The notes beneath the pieces were generated by a model. The model saw only the letters and a list, made by a program, of their open reading frames with translations. It did no database searches and had not been told where the DNA came from. Shown piece by piece: positions 59,488 to 64,000 of a DNA stretch of 64,000 nt (position 1 is the first letter of the stretch; every line of letters begins with the position of its first letter). The stretch lies in the NCBI GenBank assembly GCA_047495785.1, contig JBLDXI010000002.1, positions 2,046,001 to 2,110,000 on the forward strand, read 5' to 3'. This stretch comes from Lepidodermella squamata (Eukaryota; Animalia; Gastrotricha). Made by a program: the position numbers and the translations under genes.

Positions 59488-60037
59488 TGAGCCTGGTATG
59501 CCGATGCGAGTATGCGTGGAGTAACTGGATACTGCGGAAGTTAAATAGATCGCGCCTGATGCGTAGAATTTCAGTGAGCTAGCGGAAGCTCTATCACCTG
59601 CAGTATCTGCTGTTCTCTAGAACCGAATTATTTTGCCAGGAAATCAGACCGTGTTTTGTCATAGCATTTTTGTGCAATCGAGCCAGTTAATGGTACGGTC
59701 GGCGAAAAATGAGAAATCGTCCACGGTCACATTACATATGAATCATGAGAATCGGCCAACGCCCGAATCGTGTGCACGGCGTTAGTATGAAAAATACCCA
59801 AGGCACAGACAGACTCGGAAGTTTAACAAATTACGTTAATTCATGAATCTAGTACAATTTATAACAAAACAGAGCCACCTCACTCGTGCACACGACGGAA
59901 ATTTATGAAATGTCAAATGACTCCCCGCAGTTCTTTTCATTCTCACTGTATCAATTTATTAATTTAAATCTTTTCAGCGCTCAGCCGTGTTCCAACTAAT
60001 TATTATTTGTAATTTATTTGTAATGAATTGTAAGTGT

Positions 60038-62395
60038 TCAGTAAATAGAGCTGAGCACCATGTTCTGTGCCTGGACGTGGTTTTGCCTTTGCGTCAAAAC
60101 TATCAAACCGCAGCAGACTGACAGTGCCATAAACCCGCAGACAGCGGTGATCTGCTGTGCTAATGGGTTTGAACCGAATATCATCACAATGAAAATCGCA
60201 GCCATAAAAAGTGTGGGCGACTGAAAAGCAGCTAACCGAAGTCGCTTCGTTTCCGGATCTTTCACATGGCGAGTAGATACGCCTAACAGAGCGGCTATCA
60301 TGGCAGGAGAAAGATTCACTAAAACCAATGTCCACAGCAGTTCATCGGAAGTACGTGACATGCATACGTTTGTGAAAACGTGAACAAACTTGTCGTCAAT
60401 AGGCAGATAGCGACTAGCCAGCTCGACATTGTAATGTTGCACTGGATCAAGTAAAATCCATCCGAGAATAATGGTGAAATGAAAGGAAATCGCGGAGGCA
60501 ATTATGGATAGCATCACTATCTTTTGAACGCGAACCGGAATGATTTTAGCGGCCTTTCTCGGATGTTTTGATGACGTGTTCGAGTGGGTTTTCCATCGCG
60601 CAGTAGCACCAAGAGTTGACCTGATTTGGGAATGGACGACTGTTACGGTGGGTGTTTCAGCATTATATCGCCCTCTGTTCCAATAAGCTATAACGCCCAG
60701 GCGAGATGCTAAGAATCCGTGAACGATTGACATTGCTAGACTTCCCAGAAAAATCCGTATGGAACAGAGAGTTCTAGACTCCGCATCAAACGCGAATAAA
60801 GCAGCAGCTGTGTTGCAAAGAAGACACCCGAAAGTAAGCACGAGATTAGTCACAGATGCGCTGCAGCGAAATTCGCGTGATCGTAGCTGTGAAAGATATA
60901 GCGATTCCAGAATAGAGGCTAACCCAACCAACACTACAATGACGATTCTGAAGTCTTCAGGAACATTTATTTTTTGAATTTCTATGCGATAAAAATCAGC
61001 GGGCGGTTGCCCATCCGATGATATCCATCGAACAGCTTCAAACGTTTTGACCTGGTAGTTTTCAGCATTTAAAAAGTCAGAGGTATTTGAAGGAAATTGA
61101 AACTGAGTTATGATTCGAACAGGACGATCTTCAGGAGTCCACTGGAATACATACTGAAACTCAAAATCATTCTCGAGGCGCGAAGAGCGTTTCACCACAC
61201 CCTGTCGTAAGCCGATGAATTCGATCGTGGCTGCACTAGAGTTAACGGCATCCATGACTACCTTTGGATTTCTCTGATAGTCTGCCAATGACATGTTAGA
61301 AGTTCGAAGAATGCGATCTGCTCTATCTAGAATAAGAAGCGTTTGAAGGATGTCATCATGGCAAAAGCTCCTTCGCCCATAGCCGCTTAGTTTCTGAACA
61401 TTTAGAACTCTTTGTTCCAGCATCGCGTCAAAACGCTTCAAGTTATAGCCCAGAGTTGTGGCGCCTTCATATTCGCTGCCTATCGATGACCATATCGGAC
61501 CGATGAAAAATGTTTGCCTGAGCTGTTCCAGCATTATTTTACGGTCGCACCCTGGGGCTAAGTTTACAGGGTAGTCATAAGGATTAGAATACTGTTGCGC
61601 CCCTATCAGAAATACATAACGGCTCCCCGTCATGCCAAACCGATAGCAATGGCATAGAAATATATACACCCCAGGAAGGTCGGAAACGTCGTACGCTATC
61701 ACTCGAGCATCAGATGCCTTAAGAGCGGAGATGGTCTCATCAGTGATCTCTAAGGTAACATCATAGCGGAGAACCTCCAAATTATGCTTTACTGCCAAAT
61801 TATACAGGTGGTTTGCCGTTAAGATATTTAGGAAATTATCTGCTCTCGCAAGAATCGCAAACTTCTGCCACTTCCGGACGCTTTTGATGAATTTGATTCT
61901 GGGCAAAGCCGTGAATTCGCCAGACGATCTGAGGCGATAAAGATTCGGGTACCGTGCTCGATTATCTGTGAAAACCGGCGCAAGACAAACCGGAGCTACT
62001 GCAACCATGTTCATGTGATGAAGAACTGGAGCGATCGACTTACATCCACCAGAATAGCCACCGGCAAATACGAGTGGAGATTGAATGAAATTATCCATTT
62101 CAGCGCCGTTTTCCATTCGTCTCGCGTAGTCGAATAAGCGCTTCGCCAAGAAAATGCTACCGGGCCCTTCCCCTTGGTTATTGAAAACTATTTTGTAATC
62201 GGCTAGGATATCAGACCGGTTGTTCACAATATCCACCAGAAGCTTTTGAACATGAGGGCAAATATCGCCTTCAGGGTCACATACTTGAATATCAGTTGTT
62301 CCAAAAAATATCTCCAATAGATTTGGTTTATCGAAAGCAAATGTGCTAAGCGTCAAACAACTGGCAGCAATCGTCAATACGAAGCAAAAGTACAT
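60038..62395 (-). CDS. Class C GPCR, GABA-B-like, intronless, copy E (second subfamily)
   Basis: LEIFFGTT, GDICPHVQKL, YPNLYRLR, PPADFY, 7TM; more divergent from A-D. Confidence 0.87.
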   Translation of the reverse strand: MYFCFVLTIAASCLTLSTFAFDKPNLLEIFFGTTDIQVCDPEGDICPHVQKLLVDIVNNRSDILADYKIVFNNQGEGPGSIFLAKRLFDYARRMENGAEMDNFIQSPLVFAGGYSGGCKSIAPVLHHMNMVAVAPVCLAPVFTDNRARYPNLYRLRSSGEFTALPRIKFIKSVRKWQKFAILARADNFLNILTANHLYNLAVKHNLEVLRYDVTLEITDETISALKASDARVIAYDVSDLPGVYIFLCHCYRFGMTGSRYVFLIGAQQYSNPYDYPVNLAPGCDRKIMLEQLRQTFFIGPIWSSIGSEYEGATTLGYNLKRFDAMLEQRVLNVQKLSGYGRRSFCHDDILQTLLILDRADRILRTSNMSLADYQRNPKVVMDAVNSSAATIEFIGLRQGVVKRSSRLENDFEFQYVFQWTPEDRPVRIITQFQFPSNTSDFLNAENYQVKTFEAVRWISSDGQPPADFYRIEIQKINVPEDFRIVIVVLVGLASILESLYLSQLRSREFRCSASVTNLVLTFGCLLCNTAAALFAFDAESRTLCSIRIFLGSLAMSIVHGFLASRLGVIAYWNRGRYNAETPTVTVVHSQIRSTLGATARWKTHSNTSSKHPRKAAKIIPVRVQKIVMLSIIASAISFHFTIILGWILLDPVQHYNVELASRYLPIDDKFVHVFTNVCMSRTSDELLWTLVLVNLSPAMIAALLGVSTRHVKDPETKRLRLAAFQSPTLFMAAIFIVMIFGSNPLAQQITAVCGFMALSVCCGLIVLTQRQNHVQAQNMVLSSIY

Positions 62396-62926
62396 TGTCT
62401 TACAACAGACTATGGCGGATAAAACACGAAAATCTAAGATTTAATGTATGTACACTTATTCTTATTAAATAGCCAGGGTTTATTTTGGAGCTGATGTACG
62501 ATGGTTGTAGGAGGAATTTTGTTGGCACTGGCCTGAAAATAGCACACATACATCTGAATACACATGAAAGACTCAAATGAATATCCGCTCAAATGATGCG
62601 AGGTTGAGAAATGTAACACCAAAAAACGACATTTTCAGCAGAACTGCGACAAAAAGCGATGTGGGTTGGGGATTCCTGATATTATAATCATTAAATTTGT
62701 CTGCGATAATGATCTAATTTTTGTCTGAGATTCTCAACATGAGCTTTGGGAATCTGAATCTGAATTTAGTCTCTCATTTTACCTGTTTTTCCTATTACTT
62801 TATTACTTTGAATAGGGTTTCTCTGTTGCTAAATTTTGTTTCGAAGTTCGCAGCTTCTGAAAATGAAAATTTAACAAAAGCATGAAGTATCACGAAAATT
62901 TCATGAGCAACAAAAAGTCCAATTCA

Positions 62927-64000
62927 TCATTCTATCGGATACAAAGCTGAACGATTTCTTCGTGGTAAAATGATTAAGCTGGAGCCAACCGATAGCGCGA
63001 GAAAACCGCATGACACAGTGATTTGCTGCGCTAGTGGTGAAGATTCAAACATGATTATGATAAAAATAGCCCCCAGAAGAAGCGTTGGCGACTGCAGTGC
63101 AGCTAATCGCAGCCGTTTGGCTTCAGAATCTTTCACATGACGCGTCGAAACCGCGAACAAAGCTGCCAAGAGTCCAGGAAAGATGTTTATGACTGTAAGT
63201 GTTAGTAGCAACTCGGAACTTGTGCGGGACGTGCAGACGTCCGCAAAAACTCGAACAAATTTATCCTCACTCATGACGCGTCGGCTCAGTGTCACTAGCT
63301 CAACGTTGTCGTGTCGTAAAGGATCAGAAATCAACCATAAAAACAAAGTAGCGAAATTCAGGATAACGGTGCTTATTATTCCGATGAACGCGGTCGATTT
63401 TTGCACTTGAACCGGAATTACTCCCCTCCATTTTTTGGGGTACACCACTGAAGTTGCTGTTATTCTTTTTGTTCCGATAGTGCTGCCAAAAATTGACCTG
63501 TTTTGAGTATCAATGTGCTTATAAACCTCCGCCTGAGCCTTTCTGCCATTCCAAAATACAATGACACCCAAGCGACATGCCAAAAACACGTGAATAATCG
63601 ATAGTCCAAGACTTCCGAGTAAAATTCTTACAGAGCAAATAAAGCTGGATTCCGCATCTAATGCGAACAAGATCGCTGCTCCATTTGTCACGATACAGCC
63701 AACAACAAACATTAGATTCGTCACAGAAACTGAATTTCTAAACTCAATTGAACGACAACTATAAAACGTTGCGAGTTGTAAGATTGAACTGAAAGCCGCA
63801 ACTGATAGAATTAGAGCTCTGAACTCATGAGGAATCTTGATTTCCCATTTTTCAATTTGATAGAAGTCAGCGGGAGGTTTTCCATCTTTTGTAGCCCATT
63901 TAATGACATTGAAATGCTTTATACGGTACTTTTCCACGTCGGAGTATGTAGTAACATTAATGGGAAACTGATACTCCGTGATAATTCTCACGGGATAATC
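62927..64000 (-). CDS. Class C GPCR, GABA-B-like, copy F (5' part outside window; second subfamily)
   Basis: PPADFY, SVTNL, CSVRILLGSL, STRHVKD.E.KRLRLAA.QSPTL shared with copy E. Confidence 0.85.
   Translation of the reverse strand, partial: DYPVRIITEYQFPINVTTYSDVEKYRIKHFNVIKWATKDGKPPADFYQIEKWEIKIPHEFRALILSVAAFSSILQLATFYSCRSIEFRNSVSVTNLMFVVGCIVTNGAAILFALDAESSFICSVRILLGSLGLSIIHVFLACRLGVIVFWNGRKAQAEVYKHIDTQNRSIFGSTIGTKRITATSVVYPKKWRGVIPVQVQKSTAFIGIISTVILNFATLFLWLISDPLRHDNVELVTLSRRVMSEDKFVRVFADVCTSRTSSELLLTLTVINIFPGLLAALFAVSTRHVKDSEAKRLRLAALQSPTLLLGAIFIIIMFESSPLAQQITVSCGFLALSVGSSLIILPRRNRSALYPIE

Noticed and set aside
1-64000. Many antisense or alternate-frame ORFs in the ORF track (e.g. 11291..11875, 34024..34560, 5135..5545), and prokaryotic-type features (CRISPR arrays, defence operons, retron/DGR reading of the RT)
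   Set aside because: The ORFs are shadows of real exons. The DNA is intron-containing eukaryotic sequence with no repeat-spacer arrays, and the RT has non-LTR retrotransposon motifs and tail.

Overview
This is a gene-dense eukaryotic (animal) genomic window with tiny GT-AG introns (mostly ~45-60 bp). The troponin I sequence suggests a compact-genome spiralian/lophotrochozoan invertebrate (inference). Left to right it holds: three tandem DxD-containing type II membrane proteins (GT-A glycosyltransferase-like, with a fourth paralogue at 38.7-39.9 kb); a 7-exon secreted ankyrin-repeat plus chymotrypsin-like serine protease fusion; two tandem genes encoding stand-alone, apparently catalytically dead p300/CBP-type (KAT11) acetyltransferase domains; a secreted Gly/Gln/Asn/Met-rich protein; six SLC18B1-like MFS transporters in two clusters; APC10 (with a TIR element in its intron); Rad6/UBE2A; AASS; a hAT-type MITE; a divergent Gs-like G-alpha with an extended C-terminus; a short troponin I; and a tandem array of intronless GABA-B-like class C GPCRs (4 intact, 1 frameshifted, 1 relic fragment, 1 running off the window) interrupted by a SINE/LINE pair and a MITE. 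The most novel-looking items are the pseudo-KAT11 pair, the ankyrin-protease fusion, and the orphan class C GPCR array beside an atypical G-alpha. All gene models were spliced and translated by hand, and homologies come from remembered family motifs, not database searches.
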